A stretch of 62,850 nucleotides of DNA, counting the filler, from Squatina squatina (Eukaryota): the NCBI GenBank assembly GCA_031763465.1. It is 4 parts of 4 records of this genome, joined end to end, with 100 filler letters (N's around TTAATTAATTAA, not from the genome) between each part and the next. Parts side by side here need not be neighbours in the genome. Positions count along the whole stretch, not along the records: positions 32,112 to 46,956 come from JARFOE010000079.1; positions 47,057 to 62,850 come from JARFOE010000007.1; 2 more parts are not named here. One strand, 5' to 3'. Made by a program: the position numbers and the translations under genes. Shown here piece by piece: positions 37,164 to 48,680 of the stretch (its first letter is position 1; each line of letters begins with the position of its first letter). The notes beneath the pieces were generated by a model. It searched no databases and had not been told where the DNA came from. It was given only the letters and a program-made list of their open reading frames with translations.

Positions 37164-39089
37164 ATGGAGAACAAGACCTTGGAAGGTTCTTCCTCTGACC
37201 TAAAGCTGGTGTGTCACCCAAGAGCAAAAAGTAAAGTTTGGAAGTACTTTGGGTTTGACACTGACGCTGAAGGATGCATACTGCAGTGGAAGAAAATTTA
37301 CTGCCGCATTTGCAGGGCTCAAATTGCTTATTCGGGAAACACCTCCAACCTTGCCTACCACCTCGAGAAGAATCATCCCAGTGAATTCTACCAAGTCGTC
37401 AAGAGCAATGCTGAGCAAGCAAGGGAGCCGTTTGTCTCCAGCTTTTTGAAATCGGAGTCCGAAGGCGCGCACCTAAGCATTCAAGACGCAATCCTTAAGA
37501 CCTGTTATAGCCAGGATAGTAAACGGCACCAAGAATTGACTTCCATGGTCACCAACTTCATCTGCGAGGGGCTCTATCCTGTCTCTGTTGTAGAGGAGCC
37601 GACTTTCAAAAAGCTCCTTAAAATGGCTGACCCAAGGTTTGAGCTCCCCAGCGGGAAGTATTTCTCGATCAAAGCCATCCCGGAGCGGTACCACGTTATC
37701 CGGGCTGCCGTGGAGAAGGAGCTGGCTGTGGCGGCATGGTGCGGCGTGACCGCTGACCTCTGGACAGCGCAGGGTCGAAACTGCTGTTACATGTCTTTGA
37801 CTGCCCACTTTTTGGGCAGCACGGGCAACAGCGCCAACAGCCTGAAGTTCACTTCCAAGTGTCTGGCCACATTCGAAGTGGCGGATGAGTATACGACAGA
37901 GAACTTGGCTCATGCACTCGTCGAGTCCTTCAGAGAATGGGGGATCAGCAAAAATGTGCTGGGCGCCACAACCAGCAGCGGCAGTGAAAATGTGGTGAAT
38001 GCCTGCTCCCTTCTGAATCTCCCTGTGCACATGCCGTGTTTCGGTTACGCCATTAACCTGGGGATAAACCGGGCACTCCAACTCCCAAAACTCTGCACCC
38101 TGCTTCTGAAGTGCAACAAACTGGTCGAGTACTTTAAAGTGACACCGAGGGCGGCTTACATGCTAAGGGAGAAGCAGAAGCAGCAGTATTTGTTCCAGCA
38201 CCAGCTGGTCAATGATTGTAGTACTTGGGGGACCACCCTGTCCATGCTTCAGCGCCTGAGGGAGCAACAAACAGCGATTGCTGCTGTGCTCTTTGAAGAC
38301 AGCATGAATTACCATTTGATGCCGGAAGCCAGTGAATGGAACACCATAGAAGGGCTGGCAGAATTGCTGCAGCCATTTCAACAAGCCGCCGAGATGATGG
38401 GCGTATTGAAGTACCCCATCATTAGCACGGTCAAACCACTCCTCCACGTCCTGTTGAACTCGACGCTGAAAGTTGACGATTCAGACTCTCACGTGCTCAG
38501 TGCCGTGAAAGAGACCATTGCCAAAGAATTGTCCGAAGTCTACCAGCTATCCCCGGAGCTGCAGCTCTTCCTACACTCTGCAACGTTTCTCGATCCCAGG
38601 TACAAGAAAGTCCCGTTCCTTTCGGCCGCGCAGCTAAAGCAGGTCGAGAACAAGATCCTGGAGGAAGCCACCAGCCTCTTGGAGAAGGACAAGGAAGGCT
38701 TTGCTAGAACCGAGGGGAGCTTTGCCCTCGAAGAGCCCCCACTGAAAAAGCGTATGGTGTCTCTGCAGCCCTACAGCACCGGGAGTATCAGCTTCATGCT
38801 GGCAGAGATCTTCGGGCAGGTGGGCAGCGCCAATGAAGACCAAGATGGGTGGCACGCCCAGGTTGTGGAAGAGCTGAACAACTTCAAGTCGCAGAAGGTG
38901 CTGGAACTGGGCGAAGATCCGCTCACCTGGTGGTCTGACCGTGTGGCTTTGTTTCCCACTCTGAGCAAACTGGGTGGTGTCCTGCACCATGACATTGATT
39001 TCCGTGCTCTCCTGCCGGGGACCCTTCCCTCCCCTTGCCACTATTGGTGCACTCCCAGGAATTCCCAGTACCCAGCTCCCGAAAAATGA
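37164..39089 (+). CDS. ZBED1: ZBED1/DREF, a domesticated hAT transposase; single coding exon, 641 aa, aberrant C-terminus
   Basis: gccATGg start. [32 protein letters not shown]...[25 protein letters not shown] is nearly identical to the human ZBED1 N-terminus and BED finger. Also FLDPRYK, EPPLKK and [10 protein letters not shown]. Upstream acceptor ttggttggcag| at 37111. The ORF-track start at 37140 is probably too early. Confidence 0.95.
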   Translation: MENKTLEGSSSDLKLVCHPRAKSKVWKYFGFDTDAEGCILQWKKIYCRICRAQIAYSGNTSNLAYHLEKNHPSEFYQVVKSNAEQAREPFVSSFLKSESEGAHLSIQDAILKTCYSQDSKRHQELTSMVTNFICEGLYPVSVVEEPTFKKLLKMADPRFELPSGKYFSIKAIPERYHVIRAAVEKELAVAAWCGVTADLWTAQGRNCCYMSLTAHFLGSTGNSANSLKFTSKCLATFEVADEYTTENLAHALVESFREWGISKNVLGATTSSGSENVVNACSLLNLPVHMPCFGYAINLGINRALQLPKLCTLLLKCNKLVEYFKVTPRAAYMLREKQKQQYLFQHQLVNDCSTWGTTLSMLQRLREQQTAIAAVLFEDSMNYHLMPEASEWNTIEGLAELLQPFQQAAEMMGVLKYPIISTVKPLLHVLLNSTLKVDDSDSHVLSAVKETIAKELSEVYQLSPELQLFLHSATFLDPRYKKVPFLSAAQLKQVENKILEEATSLLEKDKEGFARTEGSFALEEPPLKKRMVSLQPYSTGSISFMLAEIFGQVGSANEDQDGWHAQVVEELNNFKSQKVLELGEDPLTWWSDRVALFPTLSKLGGVLHHDIDFRALLPGTLPSPCHYWCTPRNSQYPAPEK

Positions 39090-39199
39090 ATGCCATCTCC
39101 CCAACATGTTATCATAGGAACAGGAGTAGGCCATTCAGCTCCTCGAGCCTGTTCTGCTAGATCAACATTGATCTGTATCTCGACTCTGTTTGCAAAAAA

Positions 39200-39429
39200 A
39201 AGACTTGCATTTCTATAGCGCCTTTCACAACATCCCACATTGCTTTACAGCCAATGAAATATTATCACTGTTCTGGTATAGGAATCGCAGCAGCCAATTT
39301 GCAAACAGCAAGATCCCACAAACAGCAATGTGATAAATGACCGGATAATCTATATATTTAGTGATGTTGGTTGAGGGATAAATATTGGCCCAGGACACCA
39401 GGGAAGACTTACTTACCCTTCTTCCAAAT
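39200..39429 (-). mobile_element. SacSINE1-like SINE 3' half, preceded by a short antisense CR1 tail at ~39110-39185
   Basis: agacttgcatttctatagcgcctttcacaac...gagggataaatattggcccaggacacc. Confidence 0.8.
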
Positions 39430-41278
39430 NNNNNNNNNNNNNNNNNNNNNNNNNNNNNNNNNNNNNNNNNNNNNNNNNNNNNNNNNNNNNNNNNNNNNNN
39501 NNNNNNNNNNNNNNNNNNNNNNNNNNNNNTGATGGCTAGAGGTATTTTTTTGGGGGTATTCCCATTCATACTTATGGGAATTCCGTACATAAAGGAATCC
39601 CCATAAGCATGAAGGTTGATTCCCTTGTTTGATTGATCCGGCTGGCCCATGTGGTCCCAGGGGCTACGTGGGCCGGCTGGGTACGTAGGCCTCTATGCAG
39701 GCCTATGCCTACAGGCCCAGGAGCGCAACGCTCCGTGGATCCCAAGGTAGAAGATAAGCGCGTAGATCTTTTGCTGGTCGGAGGGATCTGCCCGCGGGAA
39801 GCCTCCAACAGCAAATTCAGCCCCAGTATACCTGTAATAATTCTGTAACTATACCCATATTTGAATTTCACTGGACCATCACCCAGACCCGTCTGCTGCC
39901 AGTCATCTGTTAAACTCGCGTGGGAATCGGAGCTGTATAATTGTATTCCACAGAAGAATATTGAAGGTGGTCTCTGAGAATGTCAGGCAATGTTACAGGA
40001 TTAGATTAAATACCCATCAATGACTCTAGTCATGCATTACCCTCAGGATTTATAGTTCTCTTTTTTTTCTTTTTTCCGACACATTGCTTATCGCCATTAG
40101 CCTTTGTGAGAACATTTCCTTTAGCAATGATTAATGCTGGACAGGCAATATGATGAAGTTGAAAAATATATCCAGTTGCCTCTTCGAACCCAAGATGGAT
40201 AGGCACTTAAGGGAAATAAACTTGCAGGGCTACAGGGATAGAGCGGGGCAATGGGACTGACTGGATTGCTCTACAGAGAGCTGGCCTGGACTCGATGGGC
40301 CGAATGGCCTCCTTCTGTGCTCTAGTGACTCTATGGCAGCAGTCTCCCGCTTGTCCAGATAGCTTTGAGGTGCCTCTTGGGTAGGGCTGGAAATCAGTTG
40401 GTATGAGATGTGAAATTTATGTAATTGATACCACAAGAACAGTCCCAGGTTGTGAAATGGACTGTTTGTTGATCATTGTTTGTCGATAGTGATGTGCAGT
40501 TAATTAATAAATATGTTTAGTAGGAATGGGGGCGTCCTGGATTGCCACTGACCAATCGCGTGTTCATCTGTATCATTGCTGCGGTTGTTTTCTAAGATCC
40601 ATGTAAGCAGTCTAGTGTTTTCTGCAAGCTATTTAATTAGTCAAGAGCAATGTTTGGCAGCATTGCATCTATATGTCAGATGGCCTTCCCTAGACATTTG
40701 TACCTTTTGAAAGACAACTGTTTTTAGCGCGTCGATGTTTACCCTGATGTCAGAACCTTTGAGCTTAATAAGTGGGTGTCTGAGTGTTGTGAGATACATC
40801 ACTTGGGAGACCTGTGTTTCAAAGGAGGTGTTTCTCAGTGAAGCTTTCTGCAGGAGACTTATGAGCTATTATTTGGAACTGGAAGGCATTTTCAGTATTG
40901 CAGAAGCACTTCTTTTGAAGAGAGTAAAGTAAGCCATGATTGATTCAGACAACAATTGCTTCACTTCATTATTGTTTTAAATTACATTGTGTGACAATGA
41001 CAAAATTAATCTGAAAATAATTTTTTTAACCTACTTCAGGGTCTGATCTGCATTGTTGTTTTTCCGTCGTACTCAGGCAATTGAAAACATAATTTGAGAC
41101 TCTGTAAATTCCAGTATTGCTACATGTGGGTATTTAGTAGCGTTAGTCTGTGGAAGGGCAGATGATGTAAAATGTGCANNNNNNNNNNNNNNNNNNNNNN
41201 NNNNNNNNNNNNNNNNNNNNNNNNNNNNNNNNNNNNNNNNNNNNNNNNNNNNNNNNNNNNNNNNNNNNNNNNNNNNNN

Positions 41279-41700
41279 CTGTACCGGTCGACTAGCTTTT
41301 AGTGCTTTCTGTACTTGGACTCCTAAATCTCACTGGTCCTCCGCAGTTCCAATCTTCTCACCATTTAGAAAATACTCTGATTGGGTCCAAAATAGATGAC
41401 CTCAGACTTCCCCATATTGAACTTCCTCTGCTACAGTTTTATCCACTCACTTAATCTATTGTGTCCATTTGCATATTTTTTGCTCCTATCTACATTATTT
41501 ACTGTGCCACCTAACTTAATGTCAGCAAACCTGGATATATGACTCTCTATTCCTTCATCCAAGTCACTTATAAATAAAGTGTAAAGCTGAGGCCCCAGTA
41601 CAGATCCCGGGGGACACCACTAGTCGCATCCGGCCAATTTGAGTACATAATCATTATCCCTACTCTCTATCTCCTACCTTCTAACCAATTCCCTATTCAC
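41279..41700 (-). mobile_element. CR1 LINE reverse transcriptase fragment
   Basis: ggccccagtacagatcccgggggacaccactagt on the minus strand gives the SGVPxGSVLGP motif. gtcagcaaac corresponds to FAD(D). Confidence 0.75.
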
Positions 41701-44021
41701 AAATAGCCTGCCTCCAATTTTTTTCATTTCAGTTCTCTCTTTGCTCCATCCCCCCAGTTCACAAAAGTAATTTTGCTCTCCCTATCGCCAATCTTCTTCC
41801 TGAATCTTAATCCTGTAATGAAGACATTTATTGTGTGTTTTCTGAAAATAATCCATGACTGCATTTGTTTCTCCTGTTGGCACGAGATCTGGAATCTTCA
41901 ACCAAGTATATTGCGGAGATTAATTTTACCTTTCATGCGGCCGATATAAATAACACATGCCCTTTACTTACTGACCTTGATAAATATGAAAAGAAATCTG
42001 CAAATATTTTCATTGGAAGAAGAAGGATAAAAAGGGCTAAATTGAATAACAGCAATATTTGTGACCAAAGGAGATAAGCTGATACGGATTGGTATAAAAC
42101 TGATTAAAGTAATTTTACGCTAATTTAACAGGAGCAATAGCGTACATGGAGCTGGAATACTGAGTGTGACATAAAAATATAGCCCAGTGGAAGGCCTGAT
42201 TTAAAAATAGAGGAGAAATTTCAAATAACCAGGTTATTAGTATTTAAAAGAGCCAAGCGAAGCTAAGGTGGAGATAATTTAGAAGCGAAATACTGCGGAT
42301 GCTGGAATCTAGAATACAAACAAAAAATGCTGGAAAGACTCAGCAGGTCAGGCAGCATCNNNNNNNNNNNNNNNNNNNNNNNNNNNNNNNNNNNNNNNNN
42401 NNNNNNNNNNNNNNNNNNNNNNNNNNNNNNNNNNNNNNNNNNNNNNNNNNNNNNNNNNNCCATTTGCCCGAAACAGGTATCTGCCCGTGATTAGCATGGC
42501 GGGTGTAAGTGATGGGGATTGTACTATACTTAACAGACTAGATTTAGGCTAGAATTTTCTTTGAAAAAGACAAAATCCATTATAATATCTGCTGTGTATT
42601 TGAATTTTATTAATTTTGAATTCTAGTGTTTGTCAAGGCTATTGGTTACGTATACCTCTGGTAGGCTCCATCAGATCCTCATCCTTGGGTAGAAATGTCT
42701 GTCTGAAAACCTTGTATATTAAGTATCAATCTAGATCACACAGCAGAATCCTGGAGGGATATTGAAGAAATGCTTATTGGCACCATTGAGCTCAGGCTAC
42801 AATGAACTGTGATTTAATATTGAACAAAGCGTCCCTTTCCATAACTTTGTAAGTGCTGTTTACAGCTCTCTGGTTTGCAGTGGTGTCTGGAGAATTCTAG
42901 TGGTAATTGAACAAGCAAGTCACAGCAAGACCTATTCAGTACCTTTCATTTGCCATGATTGTCCATAACTACTGAGCATCGAACCATCTATATAACTAAA
43001 AGTCCATTGTGCGNNNNNNNNNNNNNNNNNNNNNNNNNNNNNNNNNNNNNNNNNNNNNNNNNNNNNNNNNNNNNNNNNNNNNNNNNNNNNNNNNNNNNNN
43101 NNNNNNNNNNNNNCCTAGTTTTTAGCAGTTCCGACGGACTCCCTACTCTCAGAACCTACGGCAGGAGTACACTGAAAGAGCCGTGGATTTTCGGCATCAG
43201 TAGAAACATCAAAGATGTGCAAGGTCAGAATTTCTTCAGAATACCAACAGCACCTGCTTAATGTTGCCCATTATTCTGGGTAAGCCTACCTGGTCTACAA
43301 GCTTTGTAAACTCTGGTGAGCAACTCCAGGCATCTGTCCGCAGTCCAGTCATGAATTATTCTAGCCAGAATGTAGAGGTCAGCATCGGGTATAGGGTCTT
43401 TGAAGAAGTCTCCTGTATTTTAAGAGAGTGTGTGGTTAGGACAGCAACGTGCCAATTTAGGTGCCATTCAAAAAATATTAAACCTTCTATAATGGTTTCC
43501 TCGCCTCTCCTGAAGATGCTGGGCAACCTCCACTCGCCATCTAAGTGGCCATTCTTCATGTCAACCTAGACAACGAATAACAAGTTGTTCGACTGTGGAG
43601 GCATCATGGCCAGGCCTGATTATCTCAACTGACGTCCTAACTCCAGCATCAACCATTGGATATTGAAAGGCCAACATACCATTTGCTATCTTAGTTGCTT
43701 GTTTAATATTAAAATTACTCTTTCTGCCCCTGTGCCAATTCAATTGCATCAATGGAAATGATTTTACGGGAAGACTGTCAACATGTATTGAGTTGGATGA
43801 TCAGCCATGATCATATAGAATGGCGGTGCANNNNNNNNNNNNNNNNNNNNNNNNNNNNNNNNNNNNNNNNNNNNNNNNNNNNNNNNNNNNNNNNNNNNNN
43901 NNNNNNNNNNNNNNNNNNNNNNNNNNNNNNAGACCCGTGAACCACTGAATTAACTTCTGTTGTTGACTCTGCTGCTCTCTGGTTTCACCTATGACAACAG
44001 CCAGCCACGCAGTGGGCTCGA

Positions 44022-45146
44022 CTACCTCCGGTGGCGGCTGCTCGCTTTGCTGGAGTCCCTGTAATGGCTGCGCTCCCTGCTGGAGTCTCTGCGGTGGCGG
44101 CCGCGCTCCTTGCTCGAACTTTTCCGCCGGCGGTTCCGCTCCCCGCTCGAGCCCCGCCGCTGCCGCCGGCTCCGCTCCTCACTCAGGTTCCGCTGGCGGC
44201 TCCGCTCCCTGCTGGAACCCAGCCGACCGCGGGCCCGCTCCCTGCTAGCGTTCCGCCGGTACCGCTTCCGCTCGCGGCTGGCATCTCGACGGCTGCGGCT
44301 CTGCTCGTTGCTGGAGTCTCGCCAGCTGCGGCCCTGCTCCCTGCTCGAGTCCCGGCCGTGCCGTGCGCCATCCTTTCTTGAACGGCCCTGGTGCCGGCTC
44401 CATTCCCTTTGATGGCAGCTGCCGTCGCTACTAGAGTCCCTCCAGTTCCTACTACGCTCACTGCTCGTGCTGCTCTTACGGGAGTTGTGTCCCTTGTTCA
44501 AGTCCTTTGGGATTTGGTTGCTTTCAACATTGATGGGGTTGGTTTGTAACTCTTTTTCGTTGTGGCTGGGGCCATTCTGATATTTACTTCTTTTACTGCA
44601 GCACTCTTGTGGAGAGCACCCTTGACTATGAACTACTTCAGTTACGTGCTGCTCGTTCTGGGCAGACTTGCACGTGCTTTGAAGATCACTAGTATTTATA
44701 TTCCTTTGTGCTTGCATTTGGTCCAAATCACTGGCACATCTTTCAGGTGCATCTGGCTGCCCATTTATGTCTTGAGCAAGTGACACTTTCTTGCCATGGA
44801 CGAGAGTACCAGGGCGTGCAGGCTGACAGACAGCAGCCTGCGCAGAGGTAGCAGTGGCTGTTCCCAATGCTGGACACACACTCACAACTGACTTCACAGC
44901 TATCTGGTCCCCAGGGCACGGCTTCGGCTCCTCTCTGCTCTGCTGGCTCTCGCATTCTTCCTTCCGCTTGAGGTTTTCCAACAGTTTCTCTCTCAGTTCC
45001 TTCTCCTTCTGCTGGAGTTCGACGACTCGCTCTTTCTCCTCCTCCACCCGCCTGAGCTCAGCCTCTTGCTGCCGCCGCTTTTCTTCCATCTGCTGAAGCC
45101 GGGCTGCTTCCGCTTCGCGCGCCTCCAGCTCCTGCTGCTTCTTAAC
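44022..45146 (-). CDS. AKAP17A: AKAP17A (SFRS17A/XE7) terminal exon with Arg/Ser-rich tail
   Basis: tgtccgcag|GTT AAG... encodes RLQQMEEKRRQQEAELRRVEEEKERVVELQQKEKELREKLL, matching AKAP17A. RS-rich tail, TAG at 44022-44024. Confidence 0.9.
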   Translation of the reverse strand, partial: VKKQQELEAREAEAARLQQMEEKRRQQEAELRRVEEEKERVVELQQKEKELREKLLENLKRKEECESQQSREEPKPCPGDQIAVKSVVSVCPALGTATATSAQAAVCQPARPGTLVHGKKVSLAQDINGQPDAPERCASDLDQMQAQRNINTSDLQSTCKSAQNEQHVTEVVHSQGCSPQECCSKRSKYQNGPSHNEKELQTNPINVESNQIPKDLNKGHNSRKSSTSSERSRNWRDSSSDGSCHQREWSRHQGRSRKDGARHGRDSSREQGRSWRDSSNEQSRSRRDASRERKRYRRNASRERARGRLGSSRERSRQRNLSEERSRRQRRGSSGERNRRRKSSSKERGRHRRDSSRERSHYRDSSKASSRHRR

Positions 45147-46147
45147 CTGCGGACAGCAGCCAAAATGAAGCAAAGTTAAATAGAAACGGTCACTTTGAAA
45201 ATGAAAAAAAAAGTTGCAAATTTTGTAAAAATGAGAAAAAGGAATCCTTCCAAATGTCACAAAAGGCTTATGACAATAATTAAAGTTTAAAAGTAATGAA
45301 AATATTTCTATTTTTGCCCTCGGTGAATGAAACTTTTAAACAGCAAAACACGTGCAAGCCGCATACAGTCGTACTCTTATTAATTTAATGTAATTTCTTG
45401 CGCTATTCAGTATTCAGTCATTCGAATCAAGAAATCAGAATGAAACACTGGTGGCTTTTTTAAGCGCAACTCGAATTATCCAGTAATTCGCATTAAAAGA
45501 CTACGAATGAATAGGAGTAAACCATACAGCATGAATTAAACGTTAGAAACATTGTTTGTTTAACCCATCCAAACGTCATGTCTCAGCCTGGAGGTAAATC
45601 ACTAGCTATGTTATAATTCCATGTAGCGATATGCTGATGGAAAGCTCTAACTCACCGTATATCAAGTTTCATTTTTTTTTTATAAATACTTCTCGATCTC
45701 CCAGTTCCCCCTCTCCTGTGATATCAAATTTAAGCAGCGCCCCACCCATTAAAGGGGCTCAAATAAAAAGCAAGCTGGTTCAGGGAATGGGCAATGTGCT
45801 CAGGTAGACTGAGCTACAAAAAGACTTGCATTTATATAGCACCTTTCATGACCTCAAAAGCGCTTTACAGTCAATGAAGTACTTTTGAAGTGTAGAACTG
45901 TTGAATGGCAGAACAGGCTCGAGGATGGTCTATTCCTGTTCCTATGTTCTGAATACTAGAAGGGAAGTCATTTCAGGAGTGGCAACACAATTGCACGGCC
46001 CTGGCGACTTAAGCAAGACTGCTGGAACTTACCAGCCGCAGCTCATGATGTTAAAACCCAAACAATGTGTGACATCTTTACAACACCGTCAGCCACTTTT
46101 ATGCATCATCTTAACCTGCCGCCCCGGCAAACTGCGCACACTCTCAC

Positions 46148-46320
46148 CTTGGCTCTGCTGAGCAGCTCTGCGATAAGTCGGATAGACTGCAGGTTCCTCT
46201 GTGCCAGGAGGAGTTTTCTTTCCTCCAAAGCGATTTTCTCCTGCAGCTTTTTCTGCTCCTCCCGCTGCAGCTTCCGCACGCTCCGTCGCTCCTCACGCTC
46301 TTTCTGCTTCTGCTCCCTCC
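46148..46320 (-). CDS. AKAP17A: AKAP17A penultimate coding segment
   Basis: REQKQKEREERR...LQEKIALEERKLLLAQRNLQSIRLIAELLSRAK|gtgaga (phase 0, joins 45146). Preceded by a candidate acceptor ttcctcctcccatag|. Confidence 0.92.
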
Positions 46321-46362
46321 CTATGGGAGGAGGAATGTGAACCTGTGGCTCANNNNNNNNNN

Positions 46363-46412
46363 TTTCTTCTCGCTTCTTCTCTCGCTCCTGCTCTTCCAAC
46401 TCTCTCTGTTTC
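46363..46412 (-). CDS. AKAP17A: AKAP17A exon start, cut by a 10-N gap
   Basis: ttgcttccctccag|G AAA CAG AGA GAG... encodes (R)KQRELEEQEREKKREE. Confidence 0.85.
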
Positions 46413-46489
46413 CTGGAGGGAAGCAAAAGCAAGAAAGGATGCAATTGGCAGTCAAATTCTGCTGGATCTGTAATTGTGCGAAAGGTACA

Positions 46490-46956
46490 AAATCATGCTG
46501 GCTGACAGATGAGGGGAGGGCGGAGTCGGGCGATATTAGAGGTGGAAATAGGCGGTCTTGGCAATGATGTGGATCCGTGGTCAGGAGCTTATCTCGGGGT
46601 CAAATATGACACCACGGTTGCAAACAGACTGGTTCAGCCCCAGACAGTTTGCTAAGAAGAGAGGAGTCGGTGGCTCGGGAATGGAGTTTGTGGCAGTTTA
46701 GTTAGTTGGAGGAAATTTCTGCTCATCCAGTACTGGATGTCGGACGAACAGTCGGGCAATTTAGAGCCACTGGAGGGGTCAAGAAAGGTGGTGGTGAGGT
46801 AGAGCTGGGTGTCGTCAGCGTACATATGGAAAATGACGCTGTGTGATGTCACCGAGGGGCAGCATGTAGATGAGAAATAGGAGGGGGCCAAGGACAGATC
46901 CTCAGGGGATACCAGAGGTAACAGTGGGAAGAGACGCCACTGTAGGTGATTTTCTG
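46490..46956 (-). mobile_element. L2 LINE reverse transcriptase fragment
   Basis: FHMYADDTQLYLTT...DIQYWMSRNFLQL carries the YADD catalytic motif in an L2-type context. Confidence 0.85.
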
Positions 46957-47056
46957 NNNNNNNNNNNNNNNNNNNNNNNNNNNNNNNNNNNNNNNNNNNN
47001 TTAATTAATTAANNNNNNNNNNNNNNNNNNNNNNNNNNNNNNNNNNNNNNNNNNNN
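46957..47056. other. Artificial scaffold linker N44-TTAATTAATTAA-N44
   Basis: 12-mer at 47001-47012. Confidence 0.95.
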
Positions 47057-48084
47057 CAGCTGATAACCTTCTTCATGAGCTTTGTGAATGAAGGTCATTG
47101 GGAAAAGAAGAAAAGCAAGAAGATTTCTTCCCTGCTGAATATAAAGTCAAACACTTGTCCCTCTGGTCTAGGGGTGAAAAGTAATCCCTTTTAATCATCC
47201 GATGCACGCTGGATGATCAATGGTTTGACTCTTCCCATATTCATGTTCATATTAGAGAGCCTCCTGTTCCGATAAATGATTAGTATGAGCAGAATGTATT
47301 AAAATGAATTATAACAACACACTGATTTCAGCCAAGTTGGCAGGGCTGCTTTATCATGGGTGACAGCTGACTCCCCTGAGCCCAGGAGCTGTACATAGTC
47401 AGAAGGTGTAGTTCGGAATTATCCGAAAAATTTCAGGGCTCAAGAACTGACGTCTATTTAAAAGAGAACAACAAATTGCAGTCCATGGTTAAAAAAGAAA
47501 AAAAAACTACCAGAGAGGAAAAATGAACTGACTGAGAGAAAATCCCATCTTAATTGGATGAGATGAGAAACAGGAGGCCTAAAAAATAAAATATCTGCCA
47601 AGAGCAGTTCATTATGTGAAGGACACATTATCCTTTTCAGTTCCCATGATTCAGCATTGTAAGTAGTCATTCTTAATAGGTTTAAAGCTTGCTATGAAAT
47701 ATTGGAGTGTCTAGTTTTCATGTGACACGATATCCTCCCGTGGGAGGTGTTGAGATTGTTGTGAGCATAAAGGGGAATGCAGCAGGACATAGAGTGTAAA
47801 TGTGCACTTACAAACTACTTCAGATACCAGAGAAACCCTACCTATTGGCATAGTTTGCACTAACCATTCAAAGGACCAGACTAGGTTACTTAGACCGAGT
47901 CAATATTTAGGATTTAAATCAGATTATATTTATCACATTTTTCTTACTCATTCTTCTTATTGGAGAATGGGGTGCCAGACTTCAGAACATTGCTCAGTTT
48001 GGTTATAACGTTGATGATTTAGAATGTGAATCAAAAATAATTTCCCATACCTTATTTGAGCACGTTTGCTTCTTATAATAACCA

Positions 48085-48360
48085 TTTTGCGTTTTCAAGT
48101 CCCTTGATGGCCTCACCCCTCCCTATCTCTGCAACCTCCTCCAGCCCTACAATCCACCAAGATAACTGGATTTATCTCCAATTCTGGCCTCTTGAGCATC
48201 CCAGATTTTAATTGTTCCACCATTGGCGGCCATGCCTTCGGCTGCCTCGGCCCCAAACTCTGGAATTCCCTCCCTATACTTCTCCACCTCTCTACCTCTC
48301 TTTCTCCTTTAAGACACTCCTGAAAACCTACCTCTTTGACCAAGCATTTGATCATCTCCT
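48085..48360 (+). mobile_element. L2 LINE 3' end
   Basis: ccaccattggcggccatgccttcggctgcc...ctctggaattccctccc...tttaagacactcctgaaaacctacctctttgacc (LWNSLP...FKTLLKTYLF). Confidence 0.8.
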
Positions 48361-48512
48361 CAAAACTTTTCATTGTTCCTTCTCTTTCTTTTGTAAGTTA
48401 AATATCTTTCACNNNNNNNNNNNNNNNNNNNNNNNNNNNNNNNNNNNNNNNNNNNNNNNNNNNNNNNNNNNNNNNNNNNNNNNNNNNNNNNNNNNNNNNN
48501 NNNNNNNNNNNN

Positions 48513-48680
48513 GATCTTTCTGCCAATGGGAACAGTTTCTCTCCATCGACTCTGCCTAGAACCATCATTATTTTGAACACCTCTATCGAATCCCTTCTTA
48601 AACTTCTCTGCTCAAAGGAGAACAACCACAGCTTCTCCAGTCTATCCGTGACTGAAGTCCCTCATCCCTGGAACCATCCT
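48513..48680 (-). mobile_element. CR1 LINE fragment
   Basis: Minus strand LFSFEQRSLRRDSIEVFKIM...VDGEKLFPL corresponds to CR1 LFSLExRRLRGDLIEVFK. Confidence 0.8.

Noticed and set aside
37164-39089. ZBED1 ORF as an active hAT transposon
   Set aside because: Orthology-level similarity to human ZBED1, conserved synteny, a splice acceptor upstream and no TIRs seen.
37200-39134. Antisense ORFs (90-202 aa) over ZBED1
   Set aside because: Shadow ORFs of a GC-rich coding strand.
39531-43980. Expected DHRSX or ASMT exons between ZBED1 and AKAP17A
   Set aside because: I found no recognisable exon. Absence is uninformative given the number of gaps.
43991-45096. Plus-strand Ala/Pro/Arg-rich ORFs
   Set aside because: Antisense shadows of the repetitive AKAP17A terminal exon.
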